From Mobula hypostoma (lineage: Eukaryota), in assembly GCF_963921235.1 (NCBI RefSeq), contig NC_086109.1:2604001-2668000 (forward strand): 64,000 nucleotides of DNA, in the 5' to 3' direction. Shown piece after piece: positions 12,324-23,900 of the stretch. Position 1 is the first letter of the stretch; each line of letters begins with the position of its first letter. The notes below the pieces were generated by a model that saw nothing but the letters and a program-made list of their open reading frames with translations, did not search any database and was not told where the DNA came from. The position numbers and the translations under genes were made by a program.

Positions 12324-12690
12324 AGGAAATGTGATCCAAGTGACTTTGACAGTGGAATAATTGTAGTGACAGATGGTGGTTTGAGTATCTCAGAAACCGC
12401 TGATCTCCTGGGATTTTCACATACAATAGTTTATAGAGTTCTCAGAGAACTGTGCAAGAAACAAAGAAAAACATCCAGCAAGCAGCAGCTGTGTGGGAGA
12501 GAAGTCAGAGAGGAACTTCCTGACTGCTTCAAGCTGACAGGAAAGTGACAATAACACAAATAACCACATGTTGCAACAGTATTGTGCAAAACATGTTGAA
12601 CTTTGAAGTGGATGGGCCACAGCAGCACGAGACCACAAATATATGCCATGTGGCCGCTCTATTACATACCGCAGGGACCTAATGGGTCCT
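12324..12690 (+). mobile_element. Tc1/mariner transposon relic (N-terminal HTH region)
   Basis: KCDPSDFDSGIIV...GLSISETADLLGFSHTIVYRV...KTSS.QQLCGR matches the N-terminus of fish Tc1 transposases. A decayed terminal-like sequence lies near 12640-12690. Confidence 0.8.
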
Positions 12691-13109
12691 GTACCAACTC
12701 CTAAGCCAAACAGCTAGTCACAGGTTCCAATTTTCACCATCATCCTCTGCTTCCTAAAGTCAATTGTGTATCTAATTAACTAGCTCTGCCTGAATTCCTT
12801 GCAATCTGATGTTACAGAACAGCCGACCATGTGGAACCAATTCAAAATCCTCACTAAGGTCAGTGTTGAGCACATTTACTACACTGCCCTTATCAACCTT
12901 CTTATTCACACCATTGGAAAACCAATCAAGTTCATCAGACATGATCTCCCAGAGAACCCCTATCTTTCCAGATGCATGTACAATTATTTTATCAGAATCC
13001 TCTCCAGTAAATTAACTACCACAGATCTTAGACTTCGTGGTCTACTCTTCCAAGGTTTTTCTTCGCAGACATTCTTCAATAAAGGTAAAACATTCACAAC
13101 CCTCCAGTC

Positions 13110-14076
13110 AAGTGTGCACGCGCCGGTCGTGCATGCAGCCTGGTACAGCCGTTCCGATCAGTATCCTTACTTTCTTCTTCTTACTTTTTAACTTGCGTTA
13201 TTTTTTGTATTTTTTTTACACGGTAACACATCAAAGCTGTGCCTTCTCTAAGATGCTGGTAGAGAGAGCTTTATTTGGGTTTTTAGTGCTGGGAATAGTT
13301 ACATCCCAACACGCGGGACAGAAGCATGGTCACATTGTTCATTCGAGGGACCAACTGATTGCGCTAATGCCGGCCGGTTTAGCGAGCAGAGCGGCGGACA
13401 CCCCTGCTGAAAGCTGGAGGAAAACACACATAGAATGCAGAGGGGGATCACAAAGTCGAGAAAAGAGGACCGGGTCGAGACAACAGAGACTTATGGAGAA
13501 GAGGAGTTCGGTGGGTAATAAAATGGACGAGTTCCCGGCGCCAGCTAGGCGTCAGAGAACATTTCGGGAGTGCAGTGTTATGTGATTCACTGGAACGGGG
13601 CTGCACGAGGACATACCCGATCAAAACTTCTCCATGGATGGCTTCCAGACTGTTCCGGCTGAGCAGAAGTGCACTGAGAGCAGTAAGCGTAAAGGAGTTG
13701 GGTGCTTACTGTTCTGGTTAACAACAGATGGTGCAATCCAGGTCATATTACGATCGAGGAACATGTTTGTAGACCAGATATTGAACTTTTTACTGTTGGA
13801 CTTCAGCCATATTCCACCGAGATACCACACTGGGCTGCACAGGAGGTCGTTCCTGCCTGTGGCCATCGAACGTGCAGCTTCTCCTGTGGAGGGTCAGACA
13901 CCCTGAGCCAATAGGCTGATCCTGGACTTCTTTTCCATCTGGCATAGTTTGCTTTTTGTTGTTTGATTGTTTGTGGTTTTTGTATTGCTATATTTACGCT
14001 CTATTCTTGCTTGGTGCGGCTGTAACGAAACCCAATTTCCCTCGGGATCAGTAAAGTATATCTATCTATCTATCTA
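13110..14076 (+). mobile_element. Internally deleted Rex1/L2-type LINE (5' end and APE start joined to 3' end)
   Basis: HSRDQLIAL...SVGNKMDE...FRECSVM and DGFQTV...KRKG are the APE start. At ~13820 the sequence jumps to the RT end (HRRSFLPVAI), then a 3' UTR and a (TATC)n tail. Confidence 0.7.
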
Positions 14077-14507
14077 CTGGTGACTGATGATGCAAATATC
14101 TCAACCAGGGCTTCTGCAATCTCAACTCTAATGGGTTTGGTCAGACCATGGAGATTCGTCTACCTTCATATATTTTAATTTGTCCAGCACCTCCTCTGCT
14201 TTAATGTTGACTATCCTCAAGACCTTCACATTAAATTTCCCTAGTTCCTAAGTATTTATGTCTTTCTCCATTGTGGAAAAATATTCACTGAGTATTTCGC
14301 CTGTCACTTGTGACTTCATGCATGGCCTCTGAAGGGCCATGTCTTCTCTCTCTAGTTACCCTTTTTATTTCCTTAATATACTTATAAAAACTCTTTGGAT
14401 TCTCCTTAGTTTTCTTTCCCAAAACTTTCTCTCTTTTCGCCCTCCTGATTTCCTTCCTGAGTACACTCCAGTATCCCTATACTCCTCCAGGGATTTATTT
14501 CAATCTG

Positions 14508-14955
14508 TGGCGAGATGAGGTCACCCTCAGGTTGGAGGAGCAGCACCTTATATTCCGTCTGGAGAGCCTCCAACCTGATGGCACAGATTTCTCCTTCTGG
14601 TCATTTTTTTTCTTTCCTCTTCCTCTCTCATTCTATTCCTCTCTATGGCCTCTTACCTCTTCTCACCTGCCTATCATCTCCCACTGGGGTGCCCCTCCTT
14701 CCCTCTCTCCCATTGTCCACTCTCCTCTCCTACTGGATTCCTTCTTCTCCAGCCCTTTACTTTGCCAACCCACCTGGGTTCACCTTTCAGCAACCCTCAT
14801 TCCCCTTCCCCCACCTTCTTATTCTGGTGTCTTCCCCCCTCCTTTCCAGTCCTGAAGAAGGGTCTTGACCTGAAACATGGACTGTTTATTCATTTCCGTA
14901 GATGCAGCCCGGACTGCTGTGTGTTGCTTTGGATTTCCAGCATCTCCAGACATTC
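14508..14955 (+). mobile_element. Penelope-like 3' fragment with hammerhead motif at 14848-14884
   Basis: LEEQHLIFRLESLQPDG is the GIY-YIG C-terminus. The motif AGTC-CTGAAGA-A-GGGTCTTGACCT-GAAAC-ATG-GACT has a non-NUH triplet. Confidence 0.8.
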
Positions 14956-15239
14956 TCTCATTTATGACTTACTTAAACTCAACTGCTCGCACTTGACTCA
15001 TGCCCCCTTCCTGTTCCTGGCCAGGCCCTCAATATATCTCTTTATCCAAGGTTCCCTGCAATCAGTTTTGCAATTCACTGGCCATCATCAGTGAGACCCG
15101 TTTTTAAATGTTTCCAGTGAAAGACTGTTATTCCAAGGAGTAGTAGAGGGTAAATTGAGACATATGGTCTTTAAAACCTCTCTACCGGACGTTCTATATC
15201 CTCCCTTGTTGCTGAAAAATGGAGTGACAGGACCACAGA

Positions 15240-15560
15240 GTCCTCAGGCACGTGTACCTCCTTCCTGATGGCAGAGCGAGAAGAGAGCTTGGCCTGGGAT
15301 GTGACAATCTCTGATGATGGATGTGCTTTCCCGCAACATATACACGACATTTTCTAACATCTTCCATTCAAGGACATTGCTGTTTCCATACCAGGCTGTG
15401 ATGCAGCCAGTCAATATACTGTCCATGATACATTTATTGAAGTTTGTTAAGTTTTTAGTTGTGATTCTGAATCTCCTATGGAAGTAAGTGTGAGGCCAGT
15501 CTCTCTTCACAATTGCACTTACGTGTTACGCAGGACCGGTCCTCTTAAATAACACCATGG
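15240..15560 (-). mobile_element. Rex1/L2-type RT fragment
   Basis: ORF 15244-15510: [16 protein letters not shown]. Confidence 0.75.
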
Positions 15561-15632
15561 AATTTAAAGTAATTGTCCCTTGAACCTCTGATCTGCCGAT
15601 GAGGACTGGCTCATGGTTTCTTCCTCCTGCAG

Positions 15633-16305
15633 TCGATAATCAGCTCTTTGTCACCAGAACAGAAGCCAGAGGCACAAGGCTGATGATTCCCTGTCGTCTC
15701 TTCCCTTCTCTCCATCCCCCATCAGTCACCCCTCCACTCTTCCCCTTCTTACCTCCCCTTTCTCCTGGTTCTAGCAGAGACCCCCCCATCTCTACACACA
15801 GGTGGGTGGGTAGGTTGAATGGAAAGCAGAGGGGATGAGGTATGTAGTCGAGAGAGAGGAACGAGGAGGAACAGTTGGGGAGAGATGGTGGAGGGAAGAA
15901 GTGACAAAAGGCAGAGGGAAGGAGAGGATGCAGGAGAGTTGAGAGGAGGGAAATATATGGAGGGTGGATGGGGAGTGTGGGGAGATTAGGAGTGGTAGAA
16001 GAGGCAAGAGAAGGAAAGTATGAAAGTCAGGAGGGGAGAGGGAGGGAAGGATGAAGACTGGGAGGGGCAGCAGGGAGAGCAGGCAGAGTGAGTGATGAAG
16101 GGAGGCAGAGAAAGGAGTGGGCTCGTCTGAGGAGCAGTGGGGATTCTGAGGTGCAGAAATGGAGGAACTAGGAACAGAGCAGGTAAGACCAGCAATGAAG
16201 GGGTGTGACAGGGGTTTGGGATCAGGTGGGCGGGAGGGATGGTGGGAGGCAGTGAGGGTAGGTGGAAGGGTGGGTGCATTTCGAGAGAGTAGGACAGAGA
16301 GGAAG
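15633..16305 (+). pseudogene. Upstream paralog (copy 0): terminal exon and 3' UTR homolog
   Basis: Acceptor TTCTTCCTCCTGCAG at 15632. ACCAGAACAGAAGCCAGAGGCACAAGGCTGATGA aligns to ACCAGAGCAGAAGGCAGACTCCACAAGGCCGAATGA (38266-38301). The pyrimidine-then-purine region aligns to 38302-38930. Confidence 0.8.
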
Positions 16306-17060
16306 TGTCACGGTCCGGTCCGTGGACTCAGGACTCTGGATCTTCCAGCTGTCCCTCATTTGGTTGAGTTAATCATAGGCACCTGATTCCCATCTTTAGG
16401 CTTTGAATATAAGTAGCCTTGGGGTTGAGTGTGGGCTGCTGGTTTGTCTTGTCAGTTCCCCTTAGAGCAAGCTGTGGTGGAAGGATAGTGAAACCATTTG
16501 TGATCTCTAGGCCTGGTTGGAGGACCACTGCTTCATGGAGCCTTGTTGCCACTTGTCAGAGCAGCCTTTGTGGTATGGATTTGGCTGTTTCCTGGGCCAG
16601 CTGAGTGGCTGCCAGACACTCCAAGCTAGGTAGGGATCCGGCTGTTTCTGTAGCCAGCTGAGGTTGCTGACCGAACTGAGACTTGGAGCTACCCCGGAGC
16701 AGAGATGGAACTGTCTGTTGTTCTTTGGTATTTGTCTCTTCTGGTCCTTGCCTCTGTGGGGTAAGTCAGGCTGTTCTACTGTTGCCCTGCGGGGGAGATT
16801 TGTCTTGTCTTGTCCTCGCCTCTGTTGGTTAAGTCTGGCTGTTCTGCTGTTACCCAACAGGTGGTCCTGTCCCAAGCTGGTGTGGAGATAAAGTTGAGTC
16901 CCAGCTCCATGTCTATGTACTGTCCAGTCTCGTGTTAGTGTTGAGGTAAAGATGAGTCCTGGCTTTTCAAAGGATAAGTCCTGGCTCTCTGTTGATGTAC
17001 AGTTCCCAGTCTATCTCTAAGCTCCAGAATCTGAGTTATCGGCCTCCGCATTTCAAGATG
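16306..17060. mobile_element. Probable solo LTR (Gypsy-type)
   Basis: Starts TGTCACGG exactly where homology to the paralog 3' UTR stops. Contains a TATAAG-like box and internal tandem motifs. The right boundary is uncertain. Confidence 0.4.
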
Positions 17061-17150
17061 ACGATCCCGCAGGCAAGCTCCGAGAACCCAAGCCTCGAGG
17101 GTCTTCCCCCCCCGCTCTCTCCCCCCCCCCGCTCTCTTCCCCCCCCCCCC

Positions 17151-17342
17151 GGGGGAGATAGAGACATGGATATCTGGTTGAGTGCATAGATGCCCCTGCT
17201 GAGATAGAGGGGGAGAGAGACATTGGTCAGTGTACAGATATCCCCCAGAGAGAGTGGGACTGAGAGACACTGGTCAGTATTGAGATATCCCCCGGAGCGA
17301 GAGGGACTGAGAGACCAGTTACTACAGATCTCTCCCTGAGAG
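17151..17342. repeat. Short minisatellite, ~45-48 bp unit, ~4 copies, after a poly-C tract
   Basis: Recurrent GAGAGACA(C/T)TGGTCAGT...AGATATCCCCC. C-runs at 17106-17150. Confidence 0.75.
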
Positions 17343-17917
17343 GAGCAGCTTTGTGTCGTTTGGTGCTGGTAGAAGGAGAGGAGTAGCTGCTGGAGTTTGA
17401 GGAAACTCAATTGTACCACTAAAGCAAATCTGTAACATTACCTCATGTCTCTTGAACTCAGTCCCTTGATTAGTCAAGGTCAATACATCATGTACCTTCT
17501 TACCCACCATATCAACTTGTATGGCAACTTTAAATGATTTATGGATGGTAACGATCAGGCCATTAACCTTCTAGTCTGCCTTGAATTCCGACCTACCAAA
17601 TGGATAATTTCACACTTTTCCGGATTGAATCCCATCTGCCACTTGTCACATCACCAATCTTCATGTCATCTGCAAACTTACAAACTCACCCTTCCACTTC
17701 CTCATCTAAGTTATTTATAATAATTCTTCTCACTGCTGATCTGTGGCTTTCTTGCTGTAGCCATAACTCCTCCCACACTGACATCTAAAATAGGGAAGGA
17801 AGAACGCGTTGAGTAAGTGAAGTCTCCCTTGCCTTCTTTCCCATCCTCTACTGAACTCATCCCTTCCTCGTTCTGGGCCCCAGGTTTGGCAACACTCTCA
17901 CCGGTTCTTGAAGAAAG

Positions 17918-17972
17918 ATGGATGCAGTGTCCCTGTTTGGCTGTTTCTGGTTAACTCTCTCCATCATCAACT
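17918..17972 (+). CDS. Exon 1: signal peptide [18 protein letters not shown]
   Basis: Kozak AAGATGG, hydrophobic 18-mer, phase-1 donor T|GTGAGT. It joins the V exon in frame (...[12 protein letters not shown]). The link to the V exon is inferred across a 9.9-kb intron. Confidence 0.7.
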
Positions 17973-20900
17973 GTGAGTTGTATTCTGTGCAAGTTGCTGT
18001 GTTTCACTTCTCTTTCTATCCCTTGAACAGGCAAACCAGGGAAGGAGGTTTCATAAGTGGAGATGATACTGCAGCATTGATTTAGGAATCCATTGCTCCA
18101 GCAATGAGGGAGGATATTGTTGAAGGCTTTTCAAATGAGGTCATGTGGTAGAGAATTTCTTGGGTCTATACTGCTTCCAGCAGTCAAAGTGGCAATTGTA
18201 CAGAGATAGAGCTACAGGCTGTAGGTCAGATCTACAATGGATACTTGTCATCTGTACTCACTAAGGAGATTTAGATACACCTCTACCAAGTCACCTCTCA
18301 TCCTTCATCACTCCAAGGAAAAAAGGTTGAGTTCAATCAACCTATTCTCATAAGGCATGTTCCCCAATCTCCTCTGCACCCTTTCTATGGTTTCTACGTC
18401 CTTATAGTGAGGCGACCAGAAATGAGCACAGTACTCCAAGTGGGGTCTGACCAGGGTCCTATGTAGCTGGAACATTACCTCTCGGCTCTTAAACTCAATC
18501 CCACGATTGATGAAGGCCAATGCACCATATGCCTTCTTAACCACAGAGTCAACCTGCGCAGCAGCTTTGAGTGTCCTATGGACTCGGACCCCAAGATTCC
18601 ACTGATCCTCCACACTGCCAAGAGTCTTACCATTAATACTATATTCTGCTATTATATTTGACTTGCCAAAATGAATCACCTCACACTTATCAGGGTTGAA
18701 CTCCATCTGCCACTTCTCAGCCCAATTTTGCATCCTATCAGTGTCCCATTGTAACCCTGACAGCCCCCTACACTATTCACAACACCCCCAAACTTTGTGT
18801 CATCAGCAAATTTACTAACTCATCCCTCCACTTACTCATCCAGGTCATTTATAAAAATCACAAAGAGTAGGGGTCTCAGAACAGATCCCTGAGGCACAGC
18901 ACTGGTCACTGACCTCCATGCAGAACATGACCCGTCTACAACCTCTCTTTGCCTTCTGTGGGCAAGCCAGTTCTGGATCCACAAAGCAATGTCCCATTGG
19001 ATCCCATGCCTCCTTACTTTCTCAATAAGCCTTGCATGGGGATACCTTATCAAGTGCCTTGTTAAAATCCATATACACTATTATCTACGGCTCTGCCCCC
19101 ATCAATGTGTTTAGTCACATCCTCAAAAAATGCAATCAGGCTCATAAGGCACAACCTGCCTTTGACAAAGCCATGCTGACTTTCCTAATCATATTATCCC
19201 TCTCCAAAATGTTCATAAATCCTGCCTCTCATGATCTTCTCCATCAACTTACCAACCACTGAAGTAAGACTCACTGGCCTATAATTTCCTGGGCTATTCC
19301 TACTCCCTTTCTTGAATAAGGGAACAACATCCACAACCCTCCAATCCTCCAGAACAACTCCCATCATCATTGATGATGCAAAGATCATTGCCAGGAGGTC
19401 AGCAATCTTCTCGCTTCCCCCAGTAGCCTGAGGTACATCCCATCCGGTCCCGGTGACTTATCCAACTTGATGCTTTCCAAAAGCTCCAGCACATCCTCTT
19501 TCTTGTGTATATAGAACCAGAGGAAATAGCGGAGATAATTAATGAAATTCTTGGATTTTAGGGTAGAACATTTCAGTGATGAGGGGAACTGTACGCTGGT
19601 ATGATTTCCTCACAGTGAAGGAGACTATGGGGAGATATTGTAGCCATATAAATAATGATACATAATGTGAATATATGTGATGGGAGGAATGTTTCTCCCC
19701 ACAATAGTAGTGTCTGAAAACAGAGGGCATGTATTTACATTAAGGATAAAGATTTTTAGAGGGCCATAGAGTCATACGGTCAATGAACTCTACAACACAG
19801 AAACAGGCCCTTTGGTCCATCTAGTCTGTTCCAAACCTTTAGTCTGCTTTGTCCCATCGACCTGCATACAGACCATAGACCTCCAAACCCCTTCTGTCCA
19901 TGTCCTTATTTAAGTTAATCTTTAATGTTGAAATGGGCCCTGCATCCATCACTTGTGCTGTCAGCTCATTCCACTCTCTCACCACAATGAGTGAAGAAGT
20001 TTTCCTCATGTTCTCCTTAAACAGTTCAGCTTTCACACTTAATCCATGACCTATAGAGATCCAGTTTACCACATTATCATTCAGATTGTTCATATGGAAG
20101 AAAAATATCAATGGACCCAACACTGATTCCTATAGCACAACACTAGAAACAAAGCTCCACTCAGAGAGGAACCATCTGCTACAATCCTTTGTCTTCGCCC
20201 GTGAAGCCAATCTCTAATCCAATTTACTACCTCATCTTGAATGCCAAGTGACTCATCCTTTTTGACCAACCTCCCATGCGGGACCTTGTCAAATACTTTG
20301 CTAAGGACTATGTGGACAACACTAATGGCTTTGCCTTCATCAACCTTCCTGATAACTTCCTCACAAAACTCTGCCAGTTTGTTTAGACATGACTTGCCAT
20401 GCACAAACCATGTGGACTACCCCTAATCAGTCCCTGTCTATCCAAATACTTACATATCTGGTGTCTTGGAATACAGTGCCTTCCAATAACTTCCTCACTA
20501 CTGATTACAGGTACACTGGTCTATAATTTTCTGGCTTGCTCTTAGAGTTTTTCTTAAACAATAGAACAACATGAGCTGCACTCCAATCCTCTGGTACTTC
20601 ATCTGTGATTAAGGATGTTTAAATTACCTCTGCTGGGGCCCCTGCAGTTTCCACACTTGCCTCCCAGAGTTGTAAAAAAGAACACATTGTCATGTCCTGG
20701 GGATTTATTCAGCCTAATTTTCTCAAGACAGCAAAGACGTCCTCCACTGTAAACTGCAGAGGGTCTATGAACTTGCTGTCACTTTGCCTCACATCTGTAG
20801 ATGCTGTGACCATCCCTCAAATAAACTGCATATGCAAAAAATCCAGTGAAGTTCACTCTCATCTCTTTCAGCTCCACACAAACATACCACTCTGGTCTCC

Positions 20901-23900
20901 CTTAGGACAAATTTTGTCCCTTGTTATCCTTTTGCATTTAATCTATCTGTAGAATCCTTTAGAATTCTCCTTTTTTTTGGGACTGGACTGCTGAAACAAC
21001 CTCATGTCTTGGTTTTTAGCCCTCCCGATTTCCTTCTTTCATGATCCCTTGCATTGTTATGCTCCCTAAGTACCTCATTTGTTCCTATCTGCCTGTACCT
21101 GCTTTTCAACTTCTTTTCCTTAAACAGGACATCGACATATTTCAAAGCAGGGTTCCCTAAATGTGTTAGACTTCTCTTTTATTCTGATAGGAACACACAA
21201 GCTCTGTACTCTGAAAATTTCACATTTGAAGGCCTCCTACTCCCCAAGTACACTTTGCCCGAGAGCAAAACCTCCCAATCCACAGCTGCCACATTCTTAC
21301 TGATATCATCAAAACTGGCCTTTCTCCAGTTTAGAATCTCAACCTGAGACCTCCCTTCTCCATAATAACCATGAATCTAATGACAATATGATTACCAGAC
21401 GCAAACTGTTCCTCTGCACAAACTTCTGTCACCCGCCATCTCACTCCCTAATAGGAAACCTAGTATCAGACTCTCTAGCTGAGAATTCTATGTACTGATT
21501 GAGGAAAATTTCATGAACTCATTTGAAACTCTCTTCCATCCAGCCCTTGTAGAAAATGGAAGCTCTATTCGATATGTGGAAAGTTCAAATCACTCACAAT
21601 CACAACTTTGTATTTCTTACAACGGTGTGTGATCTCTACAAATTTATTTCCCTAAATCCCGCGGACTGTTGGGTGGTCTATGATATAATGCCATTAACGC
21701 AGTCATACTTGCCTTATACTTTAGTCCTACCCATAAAGCGTCACTGGATGAGGTCTGCAGTCTGTCCTGACTGAGCACTGTCATGACATTTTCCCTGACT
21801 AGAAATGTCTCCCCCTATAATCACGCCTGCTCCATCACGTCTGAAACAAAGGAACCCCAGAACATTAACCTGCCCTCCTTCCACTCCTGTAACCAAGTCT
21901 CACTAAACGCTACAATGTCATTATTCCACCTGTTGATTCATGTCCTTAGCTCATTTGACTTTTCTACAATACTCCTTGTATTGAAATATATGCAGCTCAG
22001 AACATTGGTCCCACCATGCTCGTCCTTTTGATTCTTAACTTTGTATGTAGGCTTCACAGCATCTTTCTCCACCACCATTCCACTATTTGCTCTGGCACTC
22101 TGTCCCCCATCCGCCTGTAACACTAGCCTGAACCCCAACTTGTGCAGCACTCGCAATCCCTCCCACGAGGATAATAATTCCCCTTCTGGTTTAGGTCCAA
22201 ACCATCCAATATTTACAGGTCTCATCTTTCTTGAAAGAGAACCCAATGATCCCAAATTCTGAGGCCCTCCAATGTATTAAACTGTCTGATCTTCCTGTTT
22301 CTGGCACATGGCACAGGTAGCAATCCTGAGATCAATATCTGGTCCTTTATCTTAACACCTGAACTCCCTTTGCGGAACCACGTCACTCTTCCTACCCAAT
22401 GTCATTGGTACCAACACAGACCGTGATGAGTGACTGCTCACCCTCCCACTTAAGAATGCTGTGGGCATGATCAGAGATTTCCCTGACCCTGGCACCCAGG
22501 AGACAACAAACCATCGGGGAATCTCATTCTCATCAACAGACCCTCCTTTCTGTTCCCCTAAACAATGAATCTCCTAATGCTATAGCTTGCCTCTTCTACA
22601 CCCTTCCTTCTGAGCCATAAGCCCTACTCAGGGCCAGAGACCTGACCACTGTGGCTTTCCTCTGCCAGGTAAACCCCTTCTCCAAAGTATCCAGAGTGAA
22701 ACACTTGTTGCTGAGGGGACTAGCCTCAGGGGAACTCTGCACGGGCTTCCTGTCCTTTTGTCCCCGTCCTGACGGTCATCCAGTCCGATGTATCATACAC
22801 CTCGGGTGTAACTACCTCCCTGTATGTCCTGTCTCTCTACCCATCAGCATCCTGAATGACCCAAAGTTCGTTCAGTTCCAGCTCCAACTCCTCAACACGG
22901 TCTGTTCGAAGCTGAAGTTGGATGCACTTTCTGCAGCTCTGGTTGCCAAGGAAACTGGAAGTCTGCCTGCCTTCCCCCACCCTGCAAGAAAAGCAATCCA
23001 CTGTCCCGACTGGCATCCCCACTGTTCTAAATGTGCCTGCACTTCTCATCACTGAAACCTTAATGAATCAAAGCCTCAGCTCCCTTCTCCAACACTGGCC
23101 CACTCATATAATTGATGCTCCACTTAAACCTAACAAATTTTATTGGACCTTACAAAGAAATCTAATTATGCACAATCCAATGGCTCCTTGGGAACTGTGG
23201 TGGACAAAACGCGTCCACCATCCCTGCTTGCTTCTTTTAACGTCTGTCTCACTCTGTGCAATCCAGTGTCTCCTTGGGTCTGTGGAGTGCAGTAATGTGC
23301 CGACTGCCCACACACACTTCTGCTAAACTGTCTGTCCTTCCATGCAATCCTGTTCTCCTCAGGACTGTGGCACGTAAAAGGGAACTAAAGGAAAAAACTT
23401 GTCACCAGGAGGAGGGTTGATTGCTGGAACACACTGCCTGAGGGGTTGGTGCAGACAGAAACTCTCTAAACATTTAAGAAACTTTGCACAAGGACTTTAT
23501 TTTCTGAGGTACAGCAGGCAAGAAATGGGATTAGATGGATTGTCGAGTCTGCTCCGAGCTTCATCACTGCTGATCCATTTCCCCCTCAACCTCAATCTCT
23601 TGCATAATCCATGTAACCTTTCATGACCTGACTAATCAAGAACCTATCAACCTCTGTCTTATACATACCCAATGACTTGGCCTCCACAGCCGCCTCTGGC
23701 AATGAATTCTGTGGATTCACCATTCTCTGGCTAAAGAAGTTCCTCCTTTCTAAATGTTCATCCCTCTATTCTGAGGCTGTGCCCTTTGGTCTTAGATTCC
23801 CCTGCTATTGGAAATATCATCTCCAAATACTCTCTGTTGACACCTTTCAGCATTCAATAGGTTTCAATGATATCCCCCTTGTCCTTCTGAATTCCAGTAA

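Noticed and set aside
16705-16760. Signal-peptide-like MELSVVLWYLSLLVLASV followed by GTAAGT
   Set aside because: The donor is phase 2, incompatible with the phase-1 V exon. It lies in an LTR-like T-rich tandem motif. The exon at 17918 fits better.
18001-18057. Good-looking acceptor at 18030, 58 nt after the leader donor
   Set aside because: It leads to a stop after 8 codons and runs into CR1 sequence. At most a cryptic site.
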